DNA from: Eledone cirrhosa
Taxonomy: Eukaryota
Direction: 5' to 3'
Assembly: GCA_964016885.1 (NCBI GenBank)
Contig: OZ024763.1
Span: 372,001 to 436,000 of the forward strand
DNA length: 64,000 bases
In this document: positions 15,473 through 28,937 of the stretch, in pieces
Position numbering within the stretch: position 1 is the first letter of the stretch
Layout: each line of letters begins with the position of its first letter
The notes under the pieces: model-generated
The model's input: the letters and a program-made list of their open reading frames with translations, nothing else
What the model was told of the DNA's origin: nothing
The model's database searches: none
Position numbers and translations under genes: made by a program

Positions 15473-15475
<3 letters not shown>
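15269..15475 (-). mobile_element. Dispersed ~210-bp repeat (putative Penelope-like terminal repeat fragment) carrying a hammerhead motif
   Basis: A second similar copy lies at 30165-30382; contains the hammerhead motif at 15359-15394. Confidence 0.65.
15359..15394 (-). ncRNA. Ultra-minimal hammerhead ribozyme motif
   Basis: Minus strand: TCTT-CTGATGA-A-GGAC-TAGC-GTCC-GAAA-CG-TT-AAGA. Stem III is only the ACGT palindrome. Confidence 0.68.
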
Positions 15476-15523
<48 letters not shown>

Positions 15524-15887
15524 TGGCGAACTTGCCAGGTTGCCCAGTGGCAAGTGGACCCCAGGGGGCCCAGGGTAGCATTGCAAGAGCCCACAGTAGC
15601 ATAGCAGGGCTCACTGTAGTATTTTAGGGGCCAATGCTTTGCTTTCAAAAAATACCTGAAATCTAAGAGAAAGAATAAACATTTAAAAAAAAAAATAAAT
15701 AAAACAATTAACCAAAGCATTTGGTCAACCATTTCCCACCGGGAATTAATAGAAACCAAAATATAGTGCAAATAGCTGGAATCAGTGGTTGTACATTCTA
15801 CTAAATCTAAAGCTTAGTGTATTCGTTCATGCATGCAAACATGCATACTGTGTATAGACACAGACACACAAGCATATATATATATAT

Positions 15888-16485
15888 ATCATCATCACCG
15901 TTTTACGTCCGTTCTTCCACGCTAGCATGGGTTAGACGGGTTGTCCTGTTGTGGGCAGTGTCTGGTCGGCTGACCATGCCTTGCTCATACAGGAACTGAT
16001 TCTGGCTTGATTTCTACAGCTGGATGCCCTTCCTAACACCAACCTCATTTACAGTGAGTGCTGGGTGCTTTTCCGTGGCGCCTACACGTCCACTTTACAG
16101 TGAGTGCTGGGTGCTTTTTTGCCGTGGCACCTCCACGACCACCTTGCAGTGGGAGGGTGTGGGGGCATATTGTCTATATGCTTCAGCTTGTACCCATGGG
16201 AGGTCGCGTACTCTGTATTACTGCATGACGCCAGGACCTTAGTCTTTGTCATGTTGACTTTGAGACCCTTTCTTTCTAGTCCCTGCTACCAAGTTTGGAA
16301 TTTATTCTCTAGTTCTATCATAGATTCAGCTATAAGTGCGAGGTCATCAGCATACAGGAGTTCCCATGGGCATCCGGTCTTAAACTCCTCCGTTATTGCC
16401 TGCAGGACTATGATGAACAGGAGAGGGCTAAGAACAGAGCCCTGGTGGACCCCAACCTGTACGCTAAATTCCTCGCTATACTCAT
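15888..16485 (-). pseudogene. Internally deleted RTE-clade LINE (family a): RT fragment joined to the ORF end and 3' UTR
   Basis: Translation VGVHQGSVLSPLLF...WELLYADDLALIAES...FQTW*QGLERKGLKVNMTKTKVL contains the RT QG and YADD motifs and an in-frame stop. It then joins the segment matching 31244-31613 and ends in (ATG)n. Confidence 0.9.
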
Positions 16486-16627
16486 ATGTGGTCAATATAT
16501 TAATGTATGTGTCAATATATTAATGTGTGTGGTCAATACATTAATGTGTGTGGTCAATATATTAATGTGTCATATACATATATATACTTATGCATGAACT
16601 ACTGACCACAACACTTTGTTTTGAACA

Positions 16628-16924
16628 TTTTGAAAGTAGGTTTATAAGTATGAATTTTCATCAGATTTTTGTAGTTGTCTCTGTGGCTCAGCGGTAGGTA
16701 CTTGAGACAGTGGAGATCCTGGTCAAGGGATATATGTAGCCTTTTTCAGTTTTTAATTTATAACCAATAGAAAAAAAAACTGAAAAGGTTTACTGGGAAC
16801 CCTATTCCCAACCAGTATCGAACTTCAAACCAGGATCACCACTGTCTATGATTCTTCTAACTGGGCCACCAAGACAGCTACAAAAGTATGATGAAAATTG
16901 ATAATTATAAACCTACTTTCAAAA
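16628..16924. repeat. Imperfect ~300-bp palindrome with tRNA-like A/B-box sequence in its arms
   Basis: TTTTGAAAGTAGGTTTATAA...TTTTCATCA pairs with TGATGAAAATT...TTATAAACCTACTTTCAAAA; GACAGTGGAGATCCTGGT pairs with ACCAGGATCACCACTGTC. Confidence 0.75.
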
Positions 16925-17149
16925 TCAATGTTAAAAGCATGTGGTGTCGTTCATGGCTTTCCTAGAGCTGTTAGTAATATTTAGGGTCGACTTCTGGTCA
17001 TTATTTACGGGGAATTTTTCTTTGTTATTTTATTTCAACCTCTGTTTTTTTTACACGCAGAAATGCCCATTTGTACCGTCCTGTATTGTCCTGTACTGTC
17101 CTTAATGTCTACTTTATGTAAACCCTTGTGGTTAATAAAGAAAACATTA

Positions 17150-17287
17150 TTTACGTCCCTTTACCATCTGAGTTCAAATCCCGCCGAGGTTGACTTTGCC
17201 TTTCATCCTTACGGGGTCGATAAAATAAAGTACCAGTAATGCACTGGGTAATTGCTGGCCTTGTGCCTAAAGTAGAAACAATTATTG
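17150..17287 (+). mobile_element. 5'-truncated SINE-A
   Basis: B box through the 3' tail matches 7640-7827. Confidence 0.85.
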
Positions 17288-17505
17288 AAAGTCTCTGGAT
17301 TTTGCAAAATGCATAATATTTTTTATTGGACAAGATAAGATATTTTCCCGCAGAAATTTGATTGAACTGTTTTGTTTCCACTTATGTATTTTTCGAAAAT
17401 GTTATTAATTCATTATAAAAATTAAATGATAGCATTCTATATGTAGGTGGGCCCCCTTCATCTCCTGGCAACCAATATTTTTAGACCCAGTCTGCCACTG
17501 TATAT

Positions 17506-17686
17506 ATCATCATCATCATCATCATCACCGTTTTACGTCCGTTCTTCCACGCTAGCATGGGTTAGACGGGTTGTCCTGTTTTGGGCAGTGTCTGGTCGGC
17601 TGACCATGCCTTGCTCATACAGGAACTGATTTGGCTTGGTTTCTACAGCTAGATGCCCTTCCTAACACCAACCTCATTTACAGTGA

Positions 17687-17690
<4 letters not shown>
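17506..17690 (-). mobile_element. RTE family a 3' end fragment
   Basis: Near-identical to 15888-16060. Confidence 0.85.
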
Positions 17691-17737
<47 letters not shown>

Positions 17738-17990
17738 AAAAAAAAGGAAAAGAATGACTTTACTTGTAGTTCTAAACAAATTGATTTAATTTATAATATT
17801 ACAATATTATGTATGAGTTTGTAGATCCAGTAAGTTCTTTGTTAACTTCGATGGGAAGATTTTTAAAGATTCCTGCTTAACTTTCCTGGAGAACTTTCCT
17901 GGAGAACTTTCTCGGATTCGTCGATGGCGATTGTAAAACTGAGATGCGGTTGTGTTGTGATGTGTGACTCTATATATAAGAGAGATTTGG

Positions 17991-18024
<34 letters not shown>

Positions 18025-18344
18025 ACTGTAAGACTGCAAATTGACAGTCATTAGAACGTCAGATAGAATACTTTGTAATATTCAATTCTGGCTCTCTGTT
18101 CTCAACTGGGGTATATGAGAGAATATGCTCCGAAATTATTAGACGTGTCCGTCGAACCTGCGGGTCCTAAATCAGACAGATCCACACAAGGATCGCGTCT
18201 CGAGGTGTCCGCCAGCGAAACAATTGTAGCACACAATAAATTGAGTTCAGATGCATCACTGATTTTTCATTTTCTATTCTATCATACTCTGCTCTGTAAG
18301 AGCATAGAGTGCTCAACCGGCATACCACCTATGGAAGCATTTTA

Positions 18345-18535
18345 GCGGTGGATTGGCAGTATCGGTAGAGGGTCGGACGCCATGCTTTGACGCATAGAGT
18401 TACGGCCCTTGCCATTCTGAGTTCAAATCCCGCCGAGGTTAACTTTGCCCTTTCATCCTTACGGGGTCGATAAAATAAAGTACCAGTAATGTACTGGATA
18501 ATTTGCTGGCCTTGTGCCAAAAGTATAAATAATTA
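18345..18535 (+). mobile_element. SINE-A
   Basis: A and B boxes plus tail. Confidence 0.87.
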
Positions 18536-18548
18536 TATATATATATAT

Positions 18549-18885
18549 ACACCCCCGTCCCACCACCCCCACCCATCCACACCGCCCCTTTCAATGTAAA
18601 GTTATGTTGGTACCACAACATCCAGGCCGAAACAAATGAGATCGTGTAGGTGTCACAACAAAAAAACACAGTCCATGCTGTAATGTGGCCGTGTAGGTAA
18701 CACGGTAAAAACCTCCCAGTCCCACACTGTAAATGTGGTTGGTGTTAGGAAGGGCATCCAGCCGTAGAAAACCCACCAAGACAGTCCTATGCGAGCAAGA
18801 CAACCACTCTTGCCTCAAGTGGGAAAACTCCCGTCCAAACCCATGCAAGCGTGGAACATGGACGTTAAACGATGATGATGATGAT
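18549..18885 (+). mobile_element. RTE family c 3' UTR fragment
   Basis: Reverse-complement match to 30605-30955; ends GGACGTTAAACGATGATG. Confidence 0.8.
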
Positions 18886-18887
18886 AT

Positions 18888-18921
<34 letters not shown>

Positions 18922-18991
18922 ATACTGACATTTATGTATCAGCTGTGCTAGGGCGAGAAATAAAATTCTAATTTTATTTTATATATATATA

Positions 18992-19063
<72 letters not shown>

Positions 19064-19174
19064 TGTGTCCCTATAGAATTTCAGTGTCCCTGCCCTAATG
19101 TAAGACATTGATTGGCTGTTTCCTGTCATCACTGCTTGTCATTGTGTCTTCACACACTGATGTCCCTAGATCCC

Positions 19175-20430
19175 TGTATCACCATCATCAGCATCATCAT
19201 ATTCGTCATTTCTATCTTCATAATCATCATCATCATCATTATCTACATGATCATCATCATCATCACCAACACCATATTCACCATTTAAACAATGAACATA
19301 TTCATTATATCCACCACAACCACCACCACAACATCGCCACCACCACCACCACCACCACCACCACCACACTACCACCATACTATCACCACACCGCCACCAC
19401 CACCACCACCACCAACACCACCACCACCACCACCAACACCACAACCACCACCACCATCACCACCACCACCATGACCACCACCAACACCACCACCACCACC
19501 ACCAACACCACAACCACCACCACCATCACCACCACCACCATACTATCACCACACCATCACCACCACCACCACGACCACCACCAACACCACCACCACCACC
19601 ATACCATCCCTCTCTGTAAAACAACCTCTTATGGTGTTTATTAAAGAAAATATCAATCACCTTCCCTCCCCCTCCTCTCTTCACCCCCCCTCTCTTCACC
19701 CTCCCCCATCTCTTCACCCCCTCCCTCTATCACATTACTCTCTTTCCACCCCCTCCCCTCACTATTTACCTTTTATTGAAGTTTCATTTTATTTCAATCT
19801 TTCACTCTATGTGAGTTTGTGTAAAACTATATTTGTGTATGTCCAAACACATACACACACACACTAATACACACACAAACACATACACACACACTAATAC
19901 ACACACAAACACATACACATTAATACACACACAAACACATACACACACAAACACATACACACTAATACACACACACTAATACACACAAACACATACACAC
20001 TAATACACACACAAACACATACACACTAATACACACACAAACACATACACACACTAATACACACACACTAATACACACACACACATACACACACTAATAC
20101 ATACACACACTAATACATACATACACACTAATACATACACACACACACATACACACACTAATACATACACACACTAATACATACATACACACTAATACAT
20201 ACATACACACTAATACACACACAAACACATATACACTAATACACACACAAACACATACACACACTAATACATACATACACACTAATACATACATACACAC
20301 TAATACACACACAAACACATACACACTAATACACACACAAACACACACACACACTAATACATACATACACACTAATACATACATACACACTAATACACAC
20401 ACAAACACATACACACTAATACACACACAA

Positions 20431-20479
<49 letters not shown>

Positions 20480-22410
20480 TACACACGCTAATACATACTC
20501 ACATTAATACATACATACACAATCTCTTTCACTTTCATTACCTACCTTCTCATTGTCTCCCTCTCTCTCTCTCCACCTTCTCACTCTCTTTTCTCTCTCT
20601 CTCCACCTTCTCACTCTCTTTCTCTCTCTCTCTCCACCTTCTCATTGTTTTTCCCTCTCTCTCCACCTTCTCTCTCTCTCTCTCTCTAGCTTCTCTCTCT
20701 CTCTCTCTCTCTCTCCACCTCACTGTTTTTCCCTCTCTCTCTCTCCACCTTCTCACTCTCTTTCTCTCTCTCTCTCTCTCCACCTTCTCATTGTTTTTCC
20801 CTCTCTCTCTCTCTCTCCACCTTCTCACTCTCTTTCTCTCTCTCCACCCTCTCAATGTTTTCCCCCCTCTCTCTCTCTCTCTCCACCTTCTCACTCTCTC
20901 CACCTCATTGTTTTTCCCTCTCTCTCCAGCTTCTCATTCTCCCTCTATCTCCCCCTTCCTTCTACTCCCCTCTCTCATCCCCCCCCCCCCCTGTTTCTCT
21001 TTATATCAACATATTCCAATCTTTAATTCCACTATTGTATTCTTCATACAACCTGACCAGTTCTATATTTCTATATACACTACAATTGTTTTCAACACAC
21101 TGACGTGTGTGTGTGTATATTGTATATGTGTGTGTGTATGTGCATATTGTGTCTGTGTGTGTGTTTATATTGTCTGTATGTGTGTATATTGTATGTCTGT
21201 GTGTATGTGCATTATCATCATCTTCGTTTTATATATATGAGTATATATAAATGCACAAACACAGATACACTTAGAAAAATACACACACAAACATACATTT
21301 ACACAAACACACACATACATTCACACAAACACACACATACATTCACACAAACACACACATACATTCACACAAACACACATACATTCACATAAACACACAC
21401 ATACATTCACATAAACACACACATACATTCACATAAACACACATACATTTACACAAACACACATACATTTACACAAACACACACATACATTCACATAAAC
21501 ACACACATACATTCACATAAACACACACATACATTCACACAAACACACACAAACATTCACATAAACACACACATACATTTACACAAACACACACATACAT
21601 TCGCACACTCATACATACATTCACACAAACACAAACATACATTTACACAAACACACACATACATTCACACAAACACACATACATTCACATAAACACACAC
21701 ATACATTCACATAAACACACATACATTCACACACATACATTCATACAAACACACACATACATTTACACAAACACACACATACATTCACACAAACACACAC
21801 ATACATTTACACAAACACACACATACATTCACACAAATGCACACACTCATACATTCACATAAACAGATACATACATTTACACAAACACACACATACATTC
21901 ACACATACACACACACTCATACATTCACATAAACACACACATACATTTACACAAACACACACATACATTTACACAAACACTCACATACATTCACACAAAC
22001 ACACACACTCATACATTCACATAAACAGACACATACATTTACACAAACACACTCATACATTCACATAAACAGACACATACATTTACACAAACACACACAT
22101 ACATTCACACAAACACATTTACACAAACACACTCATACATTCACACACTCACACACACATTCACACAAACACACACATACATTCACACAAACACACACAC
22201 ACATTCACACAAACACACACACATACATTCACACACACACACATACATTCACACAAACACACACACCCATACATTCACATAAACAGACACATACATTCAC
22301 ACAAACACACACTCATGCATTCACATAAACACACATACATTCACATAAACACACATACATTCACACAAACACACACATACATTCTCACACACATACACTC
22401 ACACACAGCA
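19175..22410. repeat. Successive (ATC)n, (ACC)n, (CA)n-derived and (CT)n micro/minisatellite blocks
   Basis: Read directly. Confidence 0.93.
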
Positions 22411-22789
22411 TAGCAAATGGAACACCAGCTGCTGTTTCGCTATAGTTTTTTCACCATCCCCTTCCTTCCTTTTACACAGACATTGTGTAACATACAGAAG
22501 TCACTCAAATTTATATATATAGGTTTATTGGATGGTTTTTATGTTTTATTTTAACTCAGATTTCTTTCCTAACTTTCACTTGATTTCTGCTTTTAAGAAA
22601 TACAGGTTGAACAGAATGTCTTTCCTTGATTATAAAATACCATATAATTTATGTGTGTATATATTTATTTGTGTTATATATGAATCGTGTATGTATATGT
22701 ATGATATTGTGTATGTATATTACATATATGGTATATGTATATGCATGCAAATATATATATTATATGTGTATATCATTATCATGATGTTG

Positions 22790-22975
22790 AATTGGCAGTA
22801 TCGGTAGAGGGTCGGACACCATGCTTTGACGCATAGAGTTACAGCCCTTGCCATTCTGAGTTCAAATCCCGCCGAGGTTAAACTTTGCCTTTCATCCTTA
22901 CGGGGTCGATAAAATAAAGTACCAGTAATGTACTGGTTAATTGCTGGCCTTGTGCCAATAGTAGAAACAATTATC
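22790..22975 (+). mobile_element. SINE-A
   Basis: A and B boxes plus tail. Confidence 0.87.
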
Positions 22976-23000
22976 ATGATATGTGCATGTATGTATATAT

Positions 23001-23180
23001 ATCATCATGATCATGATCATCATTTCATTTTACGTCCGCTTTTTCCCTGCTTGCAAGGGTGGGACGGGTCTTTTTCAGCACAGCATCTCTCCATTCGTCA
23101 CGGTCCTTTGTCATCTCCTCTGTGAACTTCAGTGATCTGAGGTCAACTGTCGCCACCTCTGGCCATGTTTTTTGCGGTCT
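23001..23180 (-). mobile_element. RTE family b 3' end (ORF C-terminus running directly into the ATG tail)
   Basis: Minus translation [47 protein letters not shown], the RTE-type D-R-x-x-W-R C-terminal motif. Second copy at 59438-59608. Confidence 0.8.
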
Positions 23181-23254
23181 TTACTGTCAAAATACAATAG
23201 TGTATATAGAGTAATGTGACTGCTAAAGGGTTAACAGAAATAACCAGAAAATTG

Positions 23255-23680
23255 AATACAGCAAGTAACATCATGTTGAATGGAGAAAGTCTTGAAGGAG
23301 GGGACACCTTGAAGTACTTAAGATCCTCTCTGATCACAGATGGATAATCTCAGAAGGAGATAATGACAAGATATGGCCTGGCTTATTCTGCTGAATAGTA
23401 AAAGCTGAAGAGTAAATGAAGCCATTTCATTAGTTTCCTAACGAGGCTCAAATTGTACAATTCCTTGGTGACTTCAATCTTTCTGTGTGGGTGTGAGAGC
23501 GTTGGACTCTCTCTTACAATTGACATGTAATGAAGAAGCCAAGTATTTGAGGACAAATGCTTTAGAAGGTTGCTACACAGCCCTTTACACAAGGCTGCTA
23601 CACATCCAGAGCAAAGGTTGCTACACAGAAGGCTACTACACAGAAGGTTGCTACACATCCCTCTACACAGAACACATGTG
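23255..23680 (+). pseudogene. Decayed RTE/BovB-like LINE, post-YADD RT region
   Basis: Translation with stops and frameshifts: NIMLNGESLEGGDTLKYLRSSLITDG*SQKEIMTR ... ISFLTRLKLYNSLVTSIFLCGCES/WTL ... QVFEDKCFRRLLH. Fits RTE motifs FKYLG, LYGCETW and FExxCxRRLL. Confidence 0.78.
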
Positions 23681-26600
23681 GTTTAAAAGGTTGCTACACA
23701 TCCCTGTACACAGAACACATGTGGTTTAAAAGGTTGCTACACATCCCTGTACACAGAACACATGTAGTTTAAAAGGTTGCTACACATCCTTGTACACAAA
23801 ACACATGTGGTTTGAAAGGCTGCTACACATCCCTGTACACAGAACACATGTAGTTTAAAAGGTTGCTACACATCCTTGTACACAAAACACATGTGGTTTG
23901 AAAGGCTGCTACACATCCCTGTACACAGAACACATGTAGTTTAAAAGGTTGCTACACATCCTTGTACACAAAACACATGTGGTTTGAAAGGCTGCTACAC
24001 ATCCCTCTACACAGAACACATGTGGTTTAAAAGGCTGCTACACATCCTCTACACAGAACACATGTGGTTTGAAAGGCTGCTACACATCCTCTACACAGAA
24101 CACATGTGGTTTAAAAGGCTGCTACACATCCTCTACACAGAACACATGTGGTTTGAAAGGTTGCTACACATCCCTCTACACAGAACACATGTGGTTTAAA
24201 AGGTTGCTACACATCCCTGTACACAGAACACATGTGGTTTAAAAGGTTGCTACACATCCTTGTACACAGAACACATGTGGTTTAAAAGGCTGCTACACAT
24301 CCTCTACACAGAACACATGTGGTTTGAAAGGCTGCTACACATCCCTCTACACAGAACACATGTGGTTTAAAAGGTTGCTACACATCCCTGTACACAGAAC
24401 ACATGTGGTTTAAAAGGTTGCTACACATCCCTGTACACAGAACACATGTGGTTTAAAAGGTTGCTACACATCCCTGTACACAGAACACATGTGGTTTAAA
24501 AGGTTGCTACACATCCCTGTACACAGAACACATGTGGTTTAAAAGGTTGCTACACATCCTTGTACACAGAACACATGTGGTTTAAAAGGTTGCTACACAT
24601 CCCTGTACACAGAACACATGTGGTTTAAAAGGTTGCTACACATCCTTGTACACAGAACACATGTGGTTTAAAAGGTTGCTACACATCCCTCTACACAGAA
24701 CACATGTGGTTTAAAAGGTTGCTACACATCCCTGTACACAGAACACATGTGGTTTAAAAGGTTGCTACACATCCTTGTACACAGAACACATGTGGTTTAA
24801 AAGGTTGCTACACATCCCTGTACACAGAACACATGTGGTTTAAAAGGTTGCTACACATCCTTGTACACAGAACACATGTGGTTTAAAAGGTTGCTACACA
24901 TCCCTCTACACAGAACACATGTGGTTTAAAAGGTTGCTACACATCCTTGTACACAGAACACATGTGGTTTAAAAGGTTGCTACACATCCCTCTACACAGA
25001 ACACATGTGGTTTAAAAGGTTGCTACACATCCTTGTACACAGAACACATGTGGTTTAAAAGGTTGCTACACATCCCTCTACACAGAACACATGTGGTTTA
25101 AAAGGTTGCTACACATCCCTCTACACAGAACACATGTGGTTTAAAAGGTTGCTACACATCCCTGTACACAGAACACATGTGGTTTAAAAGGTTGCTACAC
25201 ATCCCTGTACACAGAACACATGTGGTTTAAAATGTTGCTACACATCCCTGTACACAGAACACATGTGGTTTAAAAGGTTGCTACACATCCCTGTACACAG
25301 AACACATGTGGTTTAAAAGGTTGCTACACATCCCTGTACACAGAACACATGTGGTTTAAAAGGTTGCTACACATCCCTCTACACAGAACACATGTGGTTT
25401 AAAAGGTTGCTACACATCCCTCTACACAGAACACATGTGGTTTAAAAGGTTGCTACACATCCTTGTACACAGAACACATGTGGTTTAAAAGGTTGCTACA
25501 CATCCCTGTACACAGAACACATGTGGTTTAAAAGGTTGCTACACATCCCTGTACACAGAACACATGTGGTTTAAAAGGTTGCTACACATCCTCTACACAG
25601 AACACATGTGGTTTGAAAGGTTGCTACACATCCCTCTACACAGAACACATGTGGTTTAAAAGGTTGCTACACATCCCTCTACACAGAACACATGTGGTTT
25701 AAAAGGTTGCTACACATCTTTGTACACAGAACACATGTGGTTTAAAAGGTTGCTACACATCCTTGTACACAGAACACACGTGGTTTGAAAGGCTGCTACA
25801 CATCCTCTACACAGAACACATGTGGTTTAAAAGGTTGCTACACATCCTCTACACAGAACACATGTGGTTTAAAAGGTTGCTACACATCCTCTACACAGAA
25901 CACATGTGGTTTGAAAGGTTGCTACACATCCCTGTACACAGAACACATGTAGTTTAAAAGGTTGCTACACATCCTTGTACACAAAACACATGTGGTTTGA
26001 AAGGCTGCTACACATCCCTGTACACAGAACACATGTAGTTTAAAAGGTTGCTACACATCCTTGTACACAAAACACATGTGGTTTGAAAGGCTGCTACACA
26101 TCCCTCTACACAGAACACATGTGGTTTAAAAGGCTGCTACACATCCTCTACACAGAACACATGTGGTTTGAAAGGCTGCTACACATCCTCTACACAGAAC
26201 ACATGTGGTTTAAAAGGCTGCTACACATCCTCTACACAGAACACATGTGGTTTGAAAGGTTGCTACACATCCCTCTACACAGAACACATGTGGTTTAAAA
26301 GGTTGCTACACATCCCTGTACACAGAACACATGTGGTTTAAAAGGTTGCTACACATCCTTGTACACAGAACACATGTGGTTTAAAAGGCTGCTACACATC
26401 CTCTACACAGAACACATGTGGTTTGAAAGGCTGCTACACATCCCTCTACACAGAACACATGTGGTTTAAAAGGTTGCTACACATCCCTGTACACAGAACA
26501 CATGTGGTTTAAAAGGTTGCTACACATCCCTGTACACAGAACACATGTGGTTTAAAAGGTTGCTACACATCCCTGTACACAGAACACATGTGGTTTAAAA

Positions 26601-28310
26601 GGTTGCTACACATCCCTGTACACAGAACACATGTGGTTTAAAAGGTTGCTACACATCCTTGTACACAGAACACATGTGGTTTAAAAGGTTGCTACACATC
26701 CCTGTACACAGAACACATGTGGTTTAAAAGGTTGCTACACATCCTTGTACACAGAACACATGTGGTTTAAAAGGTTGCTACACATCCCTCTACACAGAAC
26801 ACATGTGGTTTAAAAGGTTGCTACACATCCCTGTACACAGAACACATGTGGTTTAAAAGGTTGCTACACATCCTTGTACACAGAACACATGTGGTTTAAA
26901 AGGTTGCTACACATCCCTGTACACAGAACACATGTGGTTTAAAAGGTTGCTACACATCCTTGTACACAGAACACATGTGGTTTAAAAGGTTGCTACACAT
27001 CCCTCTACACAGAACACATGTGGTTTAAAAGGTTGCTACACATCCTTGTACACAGAACACATGTGGTTTAAAAGGTTGCTACACATCCCTCTACACAGAA
27101 CACATGTGGTTTAAAAGGTTGCTACACATCCTTGTACACAGAACACATGTGGTTTAAAAGGTTGCTACACATCCCTCTACACAGAACACATGTGGTTTAA
27201 AAGGTTGCTACACATCCCTCTACACAGAACACATGTGGTTTAAAAGGTTGCTACACATCCCTGTACACAGAACACATGTGGTTTAAAAGGTTGCTACACA
27301 TCCCTGTACACAGAACACATGTGGTTTAAAATGTTGCTACACATCCCTGTACACAGAACACATGTGGTTTAAAAGGTTGCTACACATCCCTGTACACAGA
27401 ACACATGTGGTTTAAAAGGTTGCTACACATCCCTGTACACAGAACACATGTGGTTTAAAAGGTTGCTACACATCCCTCTACACAGAACACATGTGGTTTA
27501 AAAGGTTGCTACACATCCCTCTACACAGAACACATGTGGTTTAAAAGGTTGCTACACATCCTTGTACACAGAACACATGTGGTTTAAAAGGTTGCTACAC
27601 ATCCCTGTACACAGAACACATGTGGTTTAAAAGGTTGCTACACATCCCTGTACACAGAACACATGTGGTTTAAAAGGTTGCTACACATCCTCTACACAGA
27701 ACACATGTGGTTTGAAAGGTTGCTACACATCCCTCTACACAGAACACATGTGGTTTAAAAGGTTGCTACACATCCCTCTACACAGAACACATGTGGTTTA
27801 AAAGGTTGCTACACATCTTTGTACACAGAACACATGTGGTTTAAAAGGTTGCTACACATCCTTGTACACAGAACACACGTGGTTTGAAAGGCTGCTACAC
27901 ATCCTCTACACAGAACACATGTGGTTTAAAAGGTTGCTACACATCCTCTACACAGAACACATGTGGTTTAAAAGGTTGCTACACATCCTCTACACAGAAC
28001 ACATGTGGTTTGAAAGGTTGCTACACATCCCTGTACACAGAACACATGTGGTTTAAAAGGTTGCTACACATTCCTGTACACAGAACACATGTGGTTTAAA
28101 AGGTTGCTACACATCCCTGTACACAGAACACATGTGGTTTAAAAGGTTGCTACACATCCTTGTACACAGAACACATGTGGTTTGAAAGGCTGCTACACAT
28201 TCTCTACACAGAACACATGTGGTTTGAAAGGCTGCTACACATCCTCTACACAGAACACATGTGGTTTGAAAGGCTGCTACACATCCTCTACACAGAGCAC
28301 ACGTGGTTTA
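23645..28310. repeat. 40-bp (some 39-bp) satellite, about 115 units, containing a 2099-bp internal duplication
   Basis: Unit GGTTGCTACACATCCCTGTACACAGAACACATGTGGTTTAAAA-type; rare variants recur at +2099 (25231/27330, 25775/27874). Confidence 0.97.
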
Positions 28311-28311
28311 A

Positions 28312-28533
28312 CCCTTTAACAATTAAACCGGCCATATCCAGCCAGAATTCTCTCACCTCTTTCTGTTCAAACCAGCTTAACCAGCCACTCATACTGATGT
28401 TAAGGTATTGTTCTCAAAATAAATAATACCAAAATCTCATAGATTCGATATCATATGAGATAATTATGTGAGGTAAAGCCTTTATGCTGTGTAAAAACAA
28501 TAGTAAATATAGAGTAATGTAAACGCTAAAGGG
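28312..28533. mobile_element. Complete piggyBac-type MITE with TTAA flanks
   Basis: TTAA|CCCTTTAACAATTA ... TAAACGCTAAAGGG|TTAA. A right-end fragment also lies at about 23180-23234. Confidence 0.8.
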
Positions 28534-28794
28534 TTAAACCAGCCATATCCGCCTACAATATATATATATATATATAGCTATAAGTCGCGGATAAGAAGCT
28601 ATATCATTTATCTATTGTTTCTCCATAAGTATATGTTAAACTTATAGCCTCGTTTAAATGATTTTTTGTATGGTTGATTTATGCTGATTGGGAGGAGAAA
28701 TACTGTATATATTTTATCTAATGATTCTATGGCCTTACTTTTATATATATATATATATATATATATTTATGTAATAAACAACATAAGATAATTA

Positions 28795-28854
28795 TTTCAT
28801 TTACCAGTGGTTTCTTGAAAGCAAACAAATCTGCTTTCAATCATCAGAATGAAA
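28795..28854 (-). ncRNA. Type-I hammerhead ribozyme motif (left arm, minus strand)
   Basis: Reverse complement of 28938-28997. Confidence 0.75.
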
Positions 28855-28937
28855 AAAACCTGCTGTTTTTATTGAATATGGATTTGAAAACAAAAATATA
28901 AGAAAATTTCTTATATTTAATAAAAACACCAGGTTTT

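Larger units (their letters stand above)
15521..17500. mobile_element. Putative hAT-type non-autonomous DNA transposon with nested insertions
   Basis: Terminal inverted repeats CAGTGGCGAACT (15521) and AGTCTGCCACTG (17500); flanks TATATATA / TATATATC. Confidence 0.55.

Noticed and set aside
23645-28310. CRISPR-like regular ~40-bp repeat
   Set aside because: Units are directly adjacent with no unique spacers, there are no cas genes, and the context is eukaryotic.
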